DNA of 64,000 nt from Candidatus Krumholzibacteriia bacterium (GCA_046484865.1 JAWOID010000104.1:1-64000), one strand, 5' to 3'. Shown: positions 39,996 to 49,795, counted from the stretch's first letter. Numbers and translations: made by a program. Notes: generated from the sequence alone by a model not told the origin.

Positions 39996-40045
39996 TTTCA
40001 CGACTGGCCTTCCGTGCTCTGGCGGGGTATCGTATGCCTCCTGGG

Positions 40046-40076
40046 GTCCCCGGCCGGAATCGGCGGGGGGCTTTTT
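40046..40076 (+). terminator. Intrinsic terminator-like hairpin
   Basis: GTCCCCGGCCG-GAAT-CGGCGGGGGGC followed by TTTTT. Confidence 0.6.
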
Positions 40077-40234
40077 GACGTCCGACGAGAGCCCTGGCGC
40101 GACCATCCGGGACACGCGACACGCGCGGGAACGGCGCCGCCGGCGGAACGGCCGGGCGCAACCGGCGTTTCACCCGGCCGGCGACGCGTGTTACCTTGTC
40201 CTCCCGTTCGCCCCGAACCGCCGGAGGTGATCCG

Positions 40235-41065
40235 TTGACCGATCTCCACGACCGGATCCAGGAAGCTGCCGCCTTCATCCGGGCGCGTTGCGACATCGAG
40301 CCTGAACACGGCCTGATCCTCGGGACCGGGCTGGGCGGCCTGGGTCGCAAGATCGAGGCGCAGGCGACCATTCCGTTCACGGAGATCCCGCACTTCGCGG
40401 CCTCCACCGCCACCAGCCACGACGGTAATCTCATCCTCGGCGAGCTGTCGGGCGTGCCGGTGATGGCCATGCAGGGTCGGGTGCACTACTACGAGGGCTA
40501 TTCGATGCAGCAGATCACGCTGCCGGTGCGCGTGATGAGGGCCCTGGGGGCGCGCTCGCTCATCCTGAGCAATGCGGTGGGCGGCATGAACCCCCAGTTC
40601 ACGCCCGGCGACATCGTGGTCACCGTCGACCACATCAACCTGATGGGCGACAATCCGCTGATCGGGCCCAACGACGACCGTCTGGGGCCGCGTTTCCCCG
40701 ACATGTCGCAGCCGTACGACCGCGCGTACGTCACGCTGGCCGAGAGCGTGGCGCTGGAGCTGCGGATCCCCCTGAAGCGCGCCGTCTACGTGGCGGTGGC
40801 GGGTCCGAACCTGGAGACGGCCGCCGAGTACCGCTTCCTGCGGGCCGTCGGCGCCGATACCGTGGGCATGAGCAGCGTGCCGGAGAACCTGGTGGCGGTG
40901 CATGCGGGCATGCGCGTGCTGATGCTCTCGGTGGTCACGGACGCTTGCTTCCCCGACGCGCTGGAGCCGGCCGACGTGCAGAAGATCATCGCGGTGGCGA
41001 ACGAGGCCCAGCCGCGGCTGGAATCGCTGGTGACCGGCTTCCTGGCCGGTCTGGCCGGGGCGTGA
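40235..41065 (+). CDS. punA: Purine-nucleoside phosphorylase (trimeric type)
   Basis: GGAGGTG RBS + TTG start; ILGTGLG, QGRVHYYEGY, SNAVGG, GPNLETAAE, VGMSSVPE. Confidence 0.9.
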   Translation: MTDLHDRIQEAAAFIRARCDIEPEHGLILGTGLGGLGRKIEAQATIPFTEIPHFAASTATSHDGNLILGELSGVPVMAMQGRVHYYEGYSMQQITLPVRVMRALGARSLILSNAVGGMNPQFTPGDIVVTVDHINLMGDNPLIGPNDDRLGPRFPDMSQPYDRAYVTLAESVALELRIPLKRAVYVAVAGPNLETAAEYRFLRAVGADTVGMSSVPENLVAVHAGMRVLMLSVVTDACFPDALEPADVQKIIAVANEAQPRLESLVTGFLAGLAGA

Positions 41066-41124
41066 AGCCGAGTACCGGCAGGATGGACGACGAGCGGAAC
41101 CGACCGATCAGCAAGGATCGCCAG

Positions 41125-44100
41125 ATGCCCGACGACCTCAAGCCCGAGGACCTCGAGCTCGAAGGCCCCGAGGCCGACGAGCGTCAGTCCGACGACCGCG
41201 CATCCGCCGGTCGCGAACCGGCCGACCAAACGCTGTATCCGCCCCTGGCGCGCAAGATGCACGATGCGGAGTCCGAGCGGCGCATCAACCGCTTCTGGAA
41301 GGAACACGACACCTTCCGCCGGAGCATCCAGCAGCGCGAAGGTGCGCCCGACTTCGTCTTCTACGAGGGACCGCCCACGGCCAACGGCAAGCCGGGCGTG
41401 CACCACGTCATCTCGCGCGTGTGCAAGGACATCGTCTGCCGCTACAAGACCATGACCGGGCACCGCGTGCTGCGCAAGGCGGGCTGGGATACGCACGGGC
41501 TGCCGGTGGAAAGGTCGGTCGAGAAGGAGCTCGGCATCCAGGGCGCCCAGGCCATCCGCGAGTACGGGCTGGAGCAGTTCAACGCCCGCGCCCGGACGAG
41601 CGTCTGGACCTGCAAGCAGGACTGGGACGACTTCACCGAGCTGCTCGGCTACTGGGTGGACCTGGACGATCCGTACATCACCTACACCGACGACTACATC
41701 GAGACCGTCTGGTGGATCCTGGCGCGCTTCCACGCCGAGGGCCTGCTGTACCGCGGCCACAAGGTGGTGCCGTTCTGCCCGGTCTGCTCCACGCCGCTGT
41801 CGAGTCACGAGATGGCCAACAGCTATCGCACGGTGAGCGACCCCAGCATCTACGTGAAGCTCGCCGCCACGGAACCGGGGCCCCACGGCCCCGAGTCGTT
41901 CGTGACCTGGACCACCACGCCCTGGACGCTGCCCTCGAATGTGGCGCTCGCCGTGGGCCCCGACTTCGACTACGTGCGGGTGCGCAGGGGCGGCGGCGGC
42001 GCGGGCGGCGGTGAGGGCGGTGGCGCGGACGGGGGTGCGGGCGACGGCGCGGGCGGCGGAGTGTCCGAGGTGCTGATCCTGGCGGAGGCCCGCCTGGAGG
42101 CGGCGCTGGGCACCGACGAGCCGCTGGAGATCCTCGAGCGGCTCAAGGGACGCGACCTGCTCGGCCGGCGCTACCGGCAGCTCTTCCCCTTCTGCCGGCC
42201 GGACGAGGGGCGCCGGGCCTTCGAGGTGGTGGCGGGCGACTTTGTCACCCTCGATACCGGCTCGGGCATCGTGCACATGGCGCCGGCCTTCGGCGAGGAC
42301 GACTTCGCCGTCGGCGAGCGCGAGAACCTGGCCTTCTTCGAGCCGGTGGACCCGAACGGCGCCTTCACCGCCGAGGTGCCGCCGTACGAGGGTTTGCACG
42401 TGAAGAAGGCGGACCCGCGCATCGTCCGCGATCTGCGCGAGCAGGGCCACCTGCTGCGCGAGGCCACCCACACCCACGAGTACCCGTACCACGACCGCTG
42501 CGGCAACCCGCTCATCTACTACGCCACGCCCAGCTGGTTCATCCGCACCACGGCCCTGCGCGACCGGCTGCTGGAGGCCAACCGTCACATCCGCTGGGTG
42601 CCGCCGGAGGTGGGGACGGGTCGCTTCGGCAACTGGCTGGAGGGGAACGTCGACTGGTCCCTCAGCCGCAATCGCTTCTGGGGGACGCCCCTGAACGTCT
42701 GGACCTGCGACGCCTGCGAGCAGCTGCATCTGCCCACCTGCCGCGCGGACCTCACCGACCTCACCGGCACGGACCAGAGCCGTCTGGACCTGCACCGGCC
42801 GCACGTGGACAGCGTCACCTTCCCCTGCGTCCATGAGGGATGTTCCGGCACCATGCGCCGCACGCCCGAGGTGATCGACTGCTGGTTCGACTCGGGCAGC
42901 ATGCCGTTCGCGCAGTATCATTACCCGTTCGAGAACCGGGAGCTGTTCGAGAGCCAGTTCCCCGCCGACTTCATCAGCGAGGGCGTGGACCAGACCCGCG
43001 GCTGGTTCTACACCATGCTCGTCATCTCCACCTTCCTGTTCGGGCGCAGCAGCTACCGGAGCTGCCTCGTGAACGAGCTGATCCTGGACAAGAAGGGCAA
43101 GAAGATGTCCAAGAGCGTGGGCAACACCGTGAATCCGGTGGAGATCATGGCGAAGGGGGGCGCCGACCCGCTGCGGTGGTACATGGTCACCGCCAGTCCG
43201 GTCTGGACGCCGCTGAAGTTCGACGACGACGGCGTGGCGGAGGCCCAGCGCAAGCTGCTGGCCACCCTGGAGAACACCTATGCGTTCTTCGCGCTCTACG
43301 CCAACATCGACGGCTTCCGTCCGGGCGAGGATGGACCGGCCGAGCCGGACCTGCTCGACCGCTGGATCGTCAGCCGCCTGCAGACAGTGACCGCATCGGT
43401 GCGCACGGACCTGGAGGACCTGAATCTCACCCGCGCGGGCAAGACGCTGGGCGCCTTCGTGCTGGACGACGTCAGCAACTGGTACGTGCGGCTCGCCCGC
43501 CGGCGCTTCTGGCATGGCGAGATGACGGCGGACAAGCGCAGCGCTTTCCGGACCCTGCACACGGTGCTCGAGAGCACGGTGCGCCTGCTGGCGCCGTTCG
43601 TGCCGTTCACCGCCGAGGAGATCTTCCGCGGCCTGCGGGCGCACGCCGACGGCGATGCATCGGTGCACCTGGCCGACTACCCGGCGGCCGCGGCGTCGCT
43701 GCAGGATGCGGATCTCGAACGGGCGATGGCGGTGGCCCAGGACGTGGTGGGAGTGGGGCGCAGCCTGCGTCAGGACGCGCGCCTGCGCACCCGTCAGCCG
43801 CTGGGCAGGCTGCTGCTGCACGCCGAGGACGACCGGGTGGAGCGCCTGCTGGCGGACGGTCGCCTGGTGGGGTACGTGGCGAGCGAGCTGAACGTCAAGG
43901 ACGTGGCGGCGGTCTCCGACCCGGCCGACGTGGCCCGCATCACCGCCAAGGCGAACTACCGCGCGCTGGGCCCTCGCTTCGGCAAGGGTGCGCCGGCGGC
44001 GGCCCGGCGTATCGAGGCCATGACCCCCGACGAGATCGCCGGCCTGCGCCGCGCCGGCCGGATCACGCTGCGGGTGGACGGTGAGCCGGTCGAGTTCGGG

Positions 44101-44457
44101 TTCGAGGAGATCCAGGTGCGGCAGGAGGGCATCGCCCCCTGCGTGGCGGCAGGCCACGCCGGCTTGACCGTGGCCCTGGACACCAGCCTCAGCGACGAAC
44201 TGCTGGCGGAGGGGATGGCGCGGGAGATCATCAATCGCGTGCAGAACCTGCGCAAGAAGAGCGGGCTCGAGGTCAGCGACCGCATCGTCCTGAACGTGCA
44301 CGGCGGAGAGCCGGTGCAGCAAGTCCTCGCGCGGCACGGTGAGCGCATCGCCGCCGAGACGCTGGCCGTGCGGCTGGCGGAAGACGGCTCGCTGCCCCAC
44401 GTGGATGCGTTCGAGATCGATGGCACGGAGGTCCGGATCGCTCTCGGTCGCGCCTGA
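41125..44457 (+). CDS. ileS: Isoleucine--tRNA ligase, type 2 (IleRS2)
   Basis: FYEGPPTANGKPGVHH, GWDTHGLP, WTTTPWTLPSN, DWSLSRNRFWG, GVDQTRGWFY, KMSKS; C-terminal EGMAREIINRVQNLRK without a zinc finger. Confidence 0.95.
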   Translation: MPDDLKPEDLELEGPEADERQSDDRASAGREPADQTLYPPLARKMHDAESERRINRFWKEHDTFRRSIQQREGAPDFVFYEGPPTANGKPGVHHVISRVCKDIVCRYKTMTGHRVLRKAGWDTHGLPVERSVEKELGIQGAQAIREYGLEQFNARARTSVWTCKQDWDDFTELLGYWVDLDDPYITYTDDYIETVWWILARFHAEGLLYRGHKVVPFCPVCSTPLSSHEMANSYRTVSDPSIYVKLAATEPGPHGPESFVTWTTTPWTLPSNVALAVGPDFDYVRVRRGGGGAGGGEGGGADGGAGDGAGGGVSEVLILAEARLEAALGTDEPLEILERLKGRDLLGRRYRQLFPFCRPDEGRRAFEVVAGDFVTLDTGSGIVHMAPAFGEDDFAVGERENLAFFEPVDPNGAFTAEVPPYEGLHVKKADPRIVRDLREQGHLLREATHTHEYPYHDRCGNPLIYYATPSWFIRTTALRDRLLEANRHIRWVPPEVGTGRFGNWLEGNVDWSLSRNRFWGTPLNVWTCDACEQLHLPTCRADLTDLTGTDQSRLDLHRPHVDSVTFPCVHEGCSGTMRRTPEVIDCWFDSGSMPFAQYHYPFENRELFESQFPADFISEGVDQTRGWFYTMLVISTFLFGRSSYRSCLVNELILDKKGKKMSKSVGNTVNPVEIMAKGGADPLRWYMVTASPVWTPLKFDDDGVAEAQRKLLATLENTYAFFALYANIDGFRPGEDGPAEPDLLDRWIVSRLQTVTASVRTDLEDLNLTRAGKTLGAFVLDDVSNWYVRLARRRFWHGEMTADKRSAFRTLHTVLESTVRLLAPFVPFTAEEIFRGLRAHADGDASVHLADYPAAAASLQDADLERAMAVAQDVVGVGRSLRQDARLRTRQPLGRLLLHAEDDRVERLLADGRLVGYVASELNVKDVAAVSDPADVARITAKANYRALGPRFGKGAPAAARRIEAMTPDEIAGLRRAGRITLRVDGEPVEFGFEEIQVRQEGIAPCVAAGHAGLTVALDTSLSDELLAEGMAREIINRVQNLRKKSGLEVSDRIVLNVHGGEPVQQVLARHGERIAAETLAVRLAEDGSLPHVDAFEIDGTEVRIALGRA

Positions 44458-44489
44458 GGCCCGGTCCGGCAACCGATGAAGGGGAGAGC

Positions 44490-44864
44490 ATGCGCAAGAC
44501 CGACCTGCAGCGTTTCCGCAAGCTGCTGATGGCCGAGAAGGAGCGCGTGATGCGCTCCCTGGCGCAGGCCGAGAAGGCCATCATGCACGCCGACGGCGGC
44601 ACCGCGGACACGCCGCGGCTCCACTCCAATCACCTGGCTGACCAGGGCACCGACGAGTTCGATCTCGAGAAGACCATCCGCGTGGCTGCGTCGGAGGGCC
44701 GCTACCTCTATCACATCGAGCAGGCGCTCGTACGCATCGAGGACGGTTCTTACGGGAAGTGCGAGGAATGCGGCGTCAACATCGGCCTGGATCGCCTGCG
44801 GGCACTGCCCTATACCCGGCTCTGCATCGACTGCAAGGAGAAGGAAGAGGCGACCCCGCGGTGA
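44490..44864 (+). CDS. TraR/DksA C4-type zinc finger protein
   Basis: HLADQGTD coiled-coil tip; YGKCEEC...RLRALPYTRLCIDC. Confidence 0.88.
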   Translation: MRKTDLQRFRKLLMAEKERVMRSLAQAEKAIMHADGGTADTPRLHSNHLADQGTDEFDLEKTIRVAASEGRYLYHIEQALVRIEDGSYGKCEECGVNIGLDRLRALPYTRLCIDCKEKEEATPR

Positions 44865-45496
44865 CCGGCGACGGCGACACGGTCCGCGTGGGCTACGGGG
44901 ACGGCGACGAAGGTCCCGGCGATCGTCGCGACGGCGAGACGATGGCGACGCCGGCGATGCATCCCGGCGAGGACGCCCGCCGCCGGGGCGGCCTGCCGCC
45001 GTGGCTGTGGGCCCCGTTCGTCCTGGCGCTCGATCTCGTCACCAAGCGGCTGGTGCTCGAGAACGTGGACACCCTGCGCGGCCGCGTGGAGGTGCTCGGC
45101 GACCTGGTGCGGTTCATCTACGTGCGCAACCCGGGCGCCGCGATGGGCCTGTTCCCGGTGGGGCGGTGGGTGCTGGTGGCGGTGAGCGTGGCCGCGGTGA
45201 TCTTCCTGGTCCACCTGTACCTTCGCAGCAGCCCGGGCCATCGCCTGAGGCGGAGCGCCATCGCCGCCATCGTCGGCGGCGCCCTCGGCAACCTGGTGGA
45301 CCGTCTCTTTTATGACGGTCTGGTGGTGGACTTCATCGACGTCGGGATCGGGAGCGCCCGCTTCTACACCTTCAACGTGGCCGACATGGGGGTGACCATC
45401 GGCGGCGCGCTGCTGTTCCTGAGCCTGCTGCTGGACGGCCGTGCGCGCGCCCCCGCCGGCGACGAGCGCGAACCCGGCGCCGAAGACCGTGGTTGA
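44861..45496 (+). CDS. lspA: Lipoprotein signal peptidase II
   Basis: DLVTK, RNPGAAMG, GGALGNLVDR, VVDFI, FNVAD. Start uncertain (GTG 44861 or ATG 44942). Confidence 0.9.
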   Translation: MTGDGDTVRVGYGDGDEGPGDRRDGETMATPAMHPGEDARRRGGLPPWLWAPFVLALDLVTKRLVLENVDTLRGRVEVLGDLVRFIYVRNPGAAMGLFPVGRWVLVAVSVAAVIFLVHLYLRSSPGHRLRRSAIAAIVGGALGNLVDRLFYDGLVVDFIDVGIGSARFYTFNVADMGVTIGGALLFLSLLLDGRARAPAGDEREPGAEDRG

Positions 45497-46517
45497 CGGA
45501 CGGGCCCCCGGGGGAGCCGGCGACGGCGAGCGAGCGAAGGGGACTCCGCAGCCGCCGGCGCCGCTGCGGCTGACGGCCGATCCGGAGGCCGCCGGCGAGC
45601 GTCTGGACGCCTACCTCGCCGCCCACGTCACCGATCTCTCGCGCACGCGCATCCAGGCCGCCCTCGCCGCGGGGCGCGTCCAGGTGGACGGCCGTGCGCG
45701 CCCCAAGAACCACCGCCTGCGCGGCGGCGAGCAGATCGTGCTCGAGCCGCTGCCGCGCGCCGAGATGTCGGCGGTGCCGGAACGCATCCCGCTGGAGGTC
45801 GTTCACGAGGACGAGGTCATGCTGGTGGTGAACAAGCCAGCGGGCCTGGTCGTCCACCCTGCTCCCGGGCATGCCGGCGGCACGCTGGTGAACGCGCTCC
45901 TGCACCGCTACCCGCACCTGGGCGCGGCCGGATCCTCCCTGCGCCCGGGCATCGTGCACCGGCTCGACCGCGACACCAGCGGCCTGCTGGTGGTGGCGCT
46001 CACGGAGCAGGCTCATGCGCACCTCGCCGCCCAGCTACGCCGCCGCACCCTCGGTCGCCGTTACCTGGCGCTCAGCTGGGGGCGCTGGCCGGCGGGCGCG
46101 GGCGAGCTGACCAGTTCGCTGGGGCGGCATCCGCGGCACCGGAAACGGATGGCGGTGGTGGTGCAAGGCGGCCGGGAGGCCCTCACCCGCTACCGTGTGG
46201 AGGAGGACTTCTCGTTCTGCCAGCTCTGCACCGTGGAACTGGGCACCGGACGGACCCACCAGATCCGGGTCCACTTCAGCCACCACGGCCATCCCGTGGT
46301 GGGCGATCCGACCTACGGCGACGATCGGCGGGCCCGCGGGGTGCCGGCCGTGGACCGGGCGCTGGCGGCCTGGGTCGTGCGGCGGGCGCAGCGGCAGCTC
46401 CTGCACGCGGCGGAACTGCGGCTCACGCATCCGGTCACGGGCGAGCCGCGGGTATTCCAGGCGCCGCCGCCGCCGGACCTGGCCGAGATCCTGGCGGAGC
46501 TGCGGCGACGGCTCTGA
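45489..46517 (+). CDS. rluD: RluA-family pseudouridine synthase (RluD-like, S4 domain)
   Basis: RLDAYLA, VNKPAGLVVHP, HRLDRDTSG, TGRTHQIRVH, GDPTYG, LHA. Confidence 0.9.
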   Translation: MVDGRAPGGAGDGERAKGTPQPPAPLRLTADPEAAGERLDAYLAAHVTDLSRTRIQAALAAGRVQVDGRARPKNHRLRGGEQIVLEPLPRAEMSAVPERIPLEVVHEDEVMLVVNKPAGLVVHPAPGHAGGTLVNALLHRYPHLGAAGSSLRPGIVHRLDRDTSGLLVVALTEQAHAHLAAQLRRRTLGRRYLALSWGRWPAGAGELTSSLGRHPRHRKRMAVVVQGGREALTRYRVEEDFSFCQLCTVELGTGRTHQIRVHFSHHGHPVVGDPTYGDDRRARGVPAVDRALAAWVVRRAQRQLLHAAELRLTHPVTGEPRVFQAPPPPDLAEILAELRRRL

Positions 46518-46626
46518 GGCCCTCGGCAGCGCATCGGACTGGACACGGGCGCCGGGCGATGCTTATCCTGCACTCCGGTTCGCCGGACGGAGATCGGCAG
46601 CGGCGGTGACGCACGGAAGAGGCGAA

Positions 46627-46965
46627 GTGAAGATCAAGGAACGCAAGCGCGATGGCGTGGCCATCCTGGAACTGAGCGGCAAGTTGATGGGCGGCCCCGA
46701 CTCGGAAGCCTTCGACGAGACCTTGAAGACGCTGATCCACGAGGGCGTCCGGAACTTCCTGGTGAGCATGGAACGTGTACGGTGGGTCAACAGCACCGGG
46801 CTGGGGATCCTGATCTCGGGGTACCAGACCGTGAAGAAGAGCGGGGGCGAGCTGAAACTGTTGAGGGTGTCCGACCGTATCGAGAACATCTTCATCGTCT
46901 CGAAGCTCTACACCGTCTTCGAGTCCTTCGACGATGAAGACGAGGCCTTGCGCAGCTTCTCCTGA
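46627..46965 (+). CDS. STAS-domain anti-sigma factor antagonist
   Basis: LSGKLMGG, WVNSTGLGILI, GGELKL. Confidence 0.85.
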   Translation: MKIKERKRDGVAILELSGKLMGGPDSEAFDETLKTLIHEGVRNFLVSMERVRWVNSTGLGILISGYQTVKKSGGELKLLRVSDRIENIFIVSKLYTVFESFDDEDEALRSFS

Positions 46966-46991
46966 CCAACTTCCAACCCGGGCGGACGCCG

Positions 46992-47411
46992 TTGACGTCG
47001 CGAATCCACCTGAAGATCCCCAGCCAGATGATCTACCTCGGCGTGCCCGACGCCGTCCTCCAGGAAGTGGGGGGCGACATCGACTGTCCCCAGGGAACGA
47101 TCGACGAGCTCGGCACCGCGGTCATCGAGGCCTGCACCAACGCCATGGAGCACGGCAACCGTCTGAACGAGGACCTCGCGATCGAGGTGTGGCTGGACCT
47201 GGAGGAGACCCGGATCGTCGTGACGGTCCTCGACGAGGGCACCGGGTTCGATCACGCCACCTGGCAGCCCCCCCAGGAGGTGATGCGCGAGCGCGGACGC
47301 GGCATCCTCATCATGCGCGAGTTCACCGACGAACTCCTGTATGGCCGCGCTCCCGACGGTCGGTTCCACGTCCGTCTGGTCAAGAACCTGCCGCAGGGCA
47401 CCCAGGACTGA
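46992..47411 (+). CDS. RsbW-like anti-sigma factor / Ser kinase (HATPase_c_2)
   Basis: EACTNAMEHG, DEGTGFD, RGRGILIM. Confidence 0.85.
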   Translation: MTSRIHLKIPSQMIYLGVPDAVLQEVGGDIDCPQGTIDELGTAVIEACTNAMEHGNRLNEDLAIEVWLDLEETRIVVTVLDEGTGFDHATWQPPQEVMRERGRGILIMREFTDELLYGRAPDGRFHVRLVKNLPQGTQD

Positions 47412-47488
47412 GGCACCGCTGCTCGCGGCGTCCGGCGAGTGCGCCGGCGCCGCGATAGTCGCCCCCAACGGAGATCGATCGTCCCGCC

Positions 47489-47920
47489 ATGGCTCCCGTC
47501 CTCGGCATCGACTATGGAGTGCGTCGCATCGGCATCGCCGTCAGCGACCCCACCGACACCCTGGCCACCGCCGTCGGCACGCACCACGAGGGCCGCGACG
47601 GCTCGGTGCTCGCGCTTTTGCGCGGCCTGGTGGCCGAGCGCGGCGTCACCGAGGTGGTGGTGGGCTGGCCGCTGACCACCGGCGGCGAGGTGGGGGACAT
47701 GGCCCGTCGCGCCGCGCGCTTCGCCGACCGGCTACGCGAGGAACTCGAGCTGCCGGTCGTCCTCGCCGACGAGCGCTTCTCCAGCGCCGAGGCTGCTGCC
47801 CGTCTGCGCGAGACGGGGCGCCGGCGCGCCCCGCGCGGTACCGTGGACGCCGCGGCCGCCGAGATCATCCTGCAGCAGCACCTCGACCAGCGCCGGGCCC
47901 GCGGCCCGGAGTCCTCGTGA
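47489..47920 (+). CDS. ruvX: YqgF/RuvX family nuclease
   Basis: LGIDYGVRRIGIAVSD, VVVGWP, DERFSS, VDAAAA. Confidence 0.9.
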   Translation: MAPVLGIDYGVRRIGIAVSDPTDTLATAVGTHHEGRDGSVLALLRGLVAERGVTEVVVGWPLTTGGEVGDMARRAARFADRLREELELPVVLADERFSSAEAAARLRETGRRRAPRGTVDAAAAEIILQQHLDQRRARGPESS

Positions 47921-49056
47921 ACGCCGTGCGCACCCGGGTGCTGCGCGCCGCCGCCGCGGCGGGGCTGGCGGTGGTCGTCGCCCTGCTGGCGGTGGGCGTC
48001 TGGTCGTACCGCGCCTGGACGACCGGGCCGCGAGCGACGCCCGGCAGCGCCGCCGTGTCGGTGCGGGTGGATCCCGGCGCCACGGTGGCGGCGGTGGCGG
48101 ACACGCTCGGAGCCCGGGGGCTACTGCGCCATCCGCGGATCTTCCGCTGGGGTGCGCGCCTGACGGGTCAGGATCGCGATCTGCGCGCGGGGCTCTACGA
48201 ACTGCCGCCGGACGCGTCGCCGCGCCGGCTGCTGGCGATCATGACGGCCGGGCAGACGGTGCCGGTGGTGATCACGCTGCCGGAAGGGATCGAGGTGCGC
48301 GACGCCGCCGCCCGGCTGAGCGGCCTGCTGGGGTTCGAGGCCGACACCTTTCTGGCCGCAGCCGACTCGCTGGCTGCCAGCGAACTGCGCCGGCGCGGCT
48401 GGATCGCGCCCGCCGCCGCCGCGCGGCTTGACAGCCTGGCGGCCGTGTCCGCCGGAGCGCCGGGGCCGCGACGCTTCCACTGGTCGGAGGGTTATCTCGC
48501 TCCCGATACCTATCACTTCGCCGAGGGGAGCACCGCACGGGAGGTCGCCCGCACGCTGCTGTCGCTGCAGCTGGCGCGGCTCGACTCCGCTCTGGCGGTG
48601 CGGCCGGCCGACGGCGAGTTGCCGCCGCTCACGCCGCACGACCTGGTGACGCTGGGCTCGATCGTGGAGGCCGAATCGCGGCGGAGCGACGAGCGCGCCC
48701 GCGTGGCAGCCGTGTACGCCAACCGGCTGCGCGACGGCTGGAAGCTGGACGCCGATCCCACCGTGGCCTACTTCCTCGCCAAGCGCGGACAACGGCTGCT
48801 CCATGTCGACCTGGCCAGGACGTCGCCCTACAACACCTACCGTACGGCCGGACTGCCGCCGGGCCCGATCGGCAATCCGGGGCTGCCGGCCCTGCTGGCC
48901 GCCGCGCGACCGGACACCACCTGCCGCGCCTACTTCTTCGTGTCGGACGGAGACGGCGGACACGTCTTCTCCCGCACCTGGGAGGAACACAGTGCGGCCG
49001 TCAAGGCCTACCGGCAGCGTCGCGATCGCCGCGACGAGGCCGGCGGCGCTCGTTGA
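47917..49056 (+). CDS. mltG: Endolytic transglycosylase
   Basis: N-terminal TM helix, TLPEG, EGYLAPDTY, SIVEAE, DADPTV, SPYNTY, GLPPGPIGNPG. Confidence 0.9.
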   Translation: MNAVRTRVLRAAAAAGLAVVVALLAVGVWSYRAWTTGPRATPGSAAVSVRVDPGATVAAVADTLGARGLLRHPRIFRWGARLTGQDRDLRAGLYELPPDASPRRLLAIMTAGQTVPVVITLPEGIEVRDAAARLSGLLGFEADTFLAAADSLAASELRRRGWIAPAAAARLDSLAAVSAGAPGPRRFHWSEGYLAPDTYHFAEGSTAREVARTLLSLQLARLDSALAVRPADGELPPLTPHDLVTLGSIVEAESRRSDERARVAAVYANRLRDGWKLDADPTVAYFLAKRGQRLLHVDLARTSPYNTYRTAGLPPGPIGNPGLPALLAAARPDTTCRAYFFVSDGDGGHVFSRTWEEHSAAVKAYRQRRDRRDEAGGAR

Positions 49057-49373
49057 CGGCGACGAGCGGAGACGGTATCGTGGTGCCCGCAGTCTCGACG
49101 AGATCCGCCGCCGCACCCGGGAGAGGCGTCGTGCCCAGATTCGGGATCGAACACGGCCTCCTTGTCGCCGCCCTGCTGGCCATCGTGGTCGGGTATCTGC
49201 TGCTGGCGGCGCAGCGCCTGTCCGCCGGCCCCCTGCTGCTGGTGCTAGGCTACTGCATCCTCTTTCCGACCTATCTCTGGCTCGCCTTCCGTCGCCATGC
49301 GAGCGAGGGCGGCCCTGAACCCCGCCGGCCGGACCGGCCAACCGGCGACACCCGCCGTGGGGTGGGCGAATAA
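49053..49373 (+). CDS. Small two-TM membrane protein
   Basis: Two hydrophobic segments (LLVAALLAIVVGYLLL; PLLLVLGYCILFP). Start uncertain. Confidence 0.5.
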   Translation: MTATSGDGIVVPAVSTRSAAAPGRGVVPRFGIEHGLLVAALLAIVVGYLLLAAQRLSAGPLLLVLGYCILFPTYLWLAFRRHASEGGPEPRRPDRPTGDTRRGVGE

Positions 49374-49440
49374 CTCAGCTGGTCAGAGTACCTGCCTTAC
49401 AAGCAGGAAGTCGCAGGTTCGAGCCCTGCTTCGCCCACCA
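49364..49440 (+). tRNA. tRNA-Val(TAC)
   Basis: Acceptor GGGCGAA/TTCGCCC, anticodon arm CCTGC-CTTACAA-GCAGG, GGTTCGA T-loop, encoded CCA. Confidence 0.96.
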
Positions 49441-49647
49441 ACTCGTCGCCCCCTGCCACCGACGTTTCGGCTCTCGTCCACCTGGCGTCGCGGTAACCGG
49501 AGGATTTATAGCCGGTTACCGCCGTCGGGCGCCGTTTCCACTCGACGCGGTTCGAGAATGCCTCATGAGGAGCAAGAAATCCTGAATCCACACCAAGTGT
49601 TAACGGATGATTTGCAAACTCTTTCCGGGGTTGACGAAAAATGGGGG

Positions 49648-49676
49648 TTGCACGCCCCGGCGCGCTGTGATAATCT
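49648..49676 (+). promoter_or_regulatory. Putative sigma70 promoter for the secreted-protein cluster
   Basis: TTGCAC-17 nt-TAATCT with an extended -10 TG, in an AT-richer intergenic region. Confidence 0.45.
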
Positions 49677-49795
49677 TCTGCGCGTCAAGTGATGGACGTT
49701 CGTGAGTGGGAAGGAGGGCTCGACCTAGTTGTCGTAACGTGCTTCGCTTGGGTTAGCCACCCTCGCCGGAGAGTGCCTTTTGTGGAGGTGTCCTA

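Noticed and set aside
39834..40234. T-box riboswitch for ileS
   Set aside because: No GGTGGNACCGCG T-box sequence is visible, and punA lies between this region and ileS.
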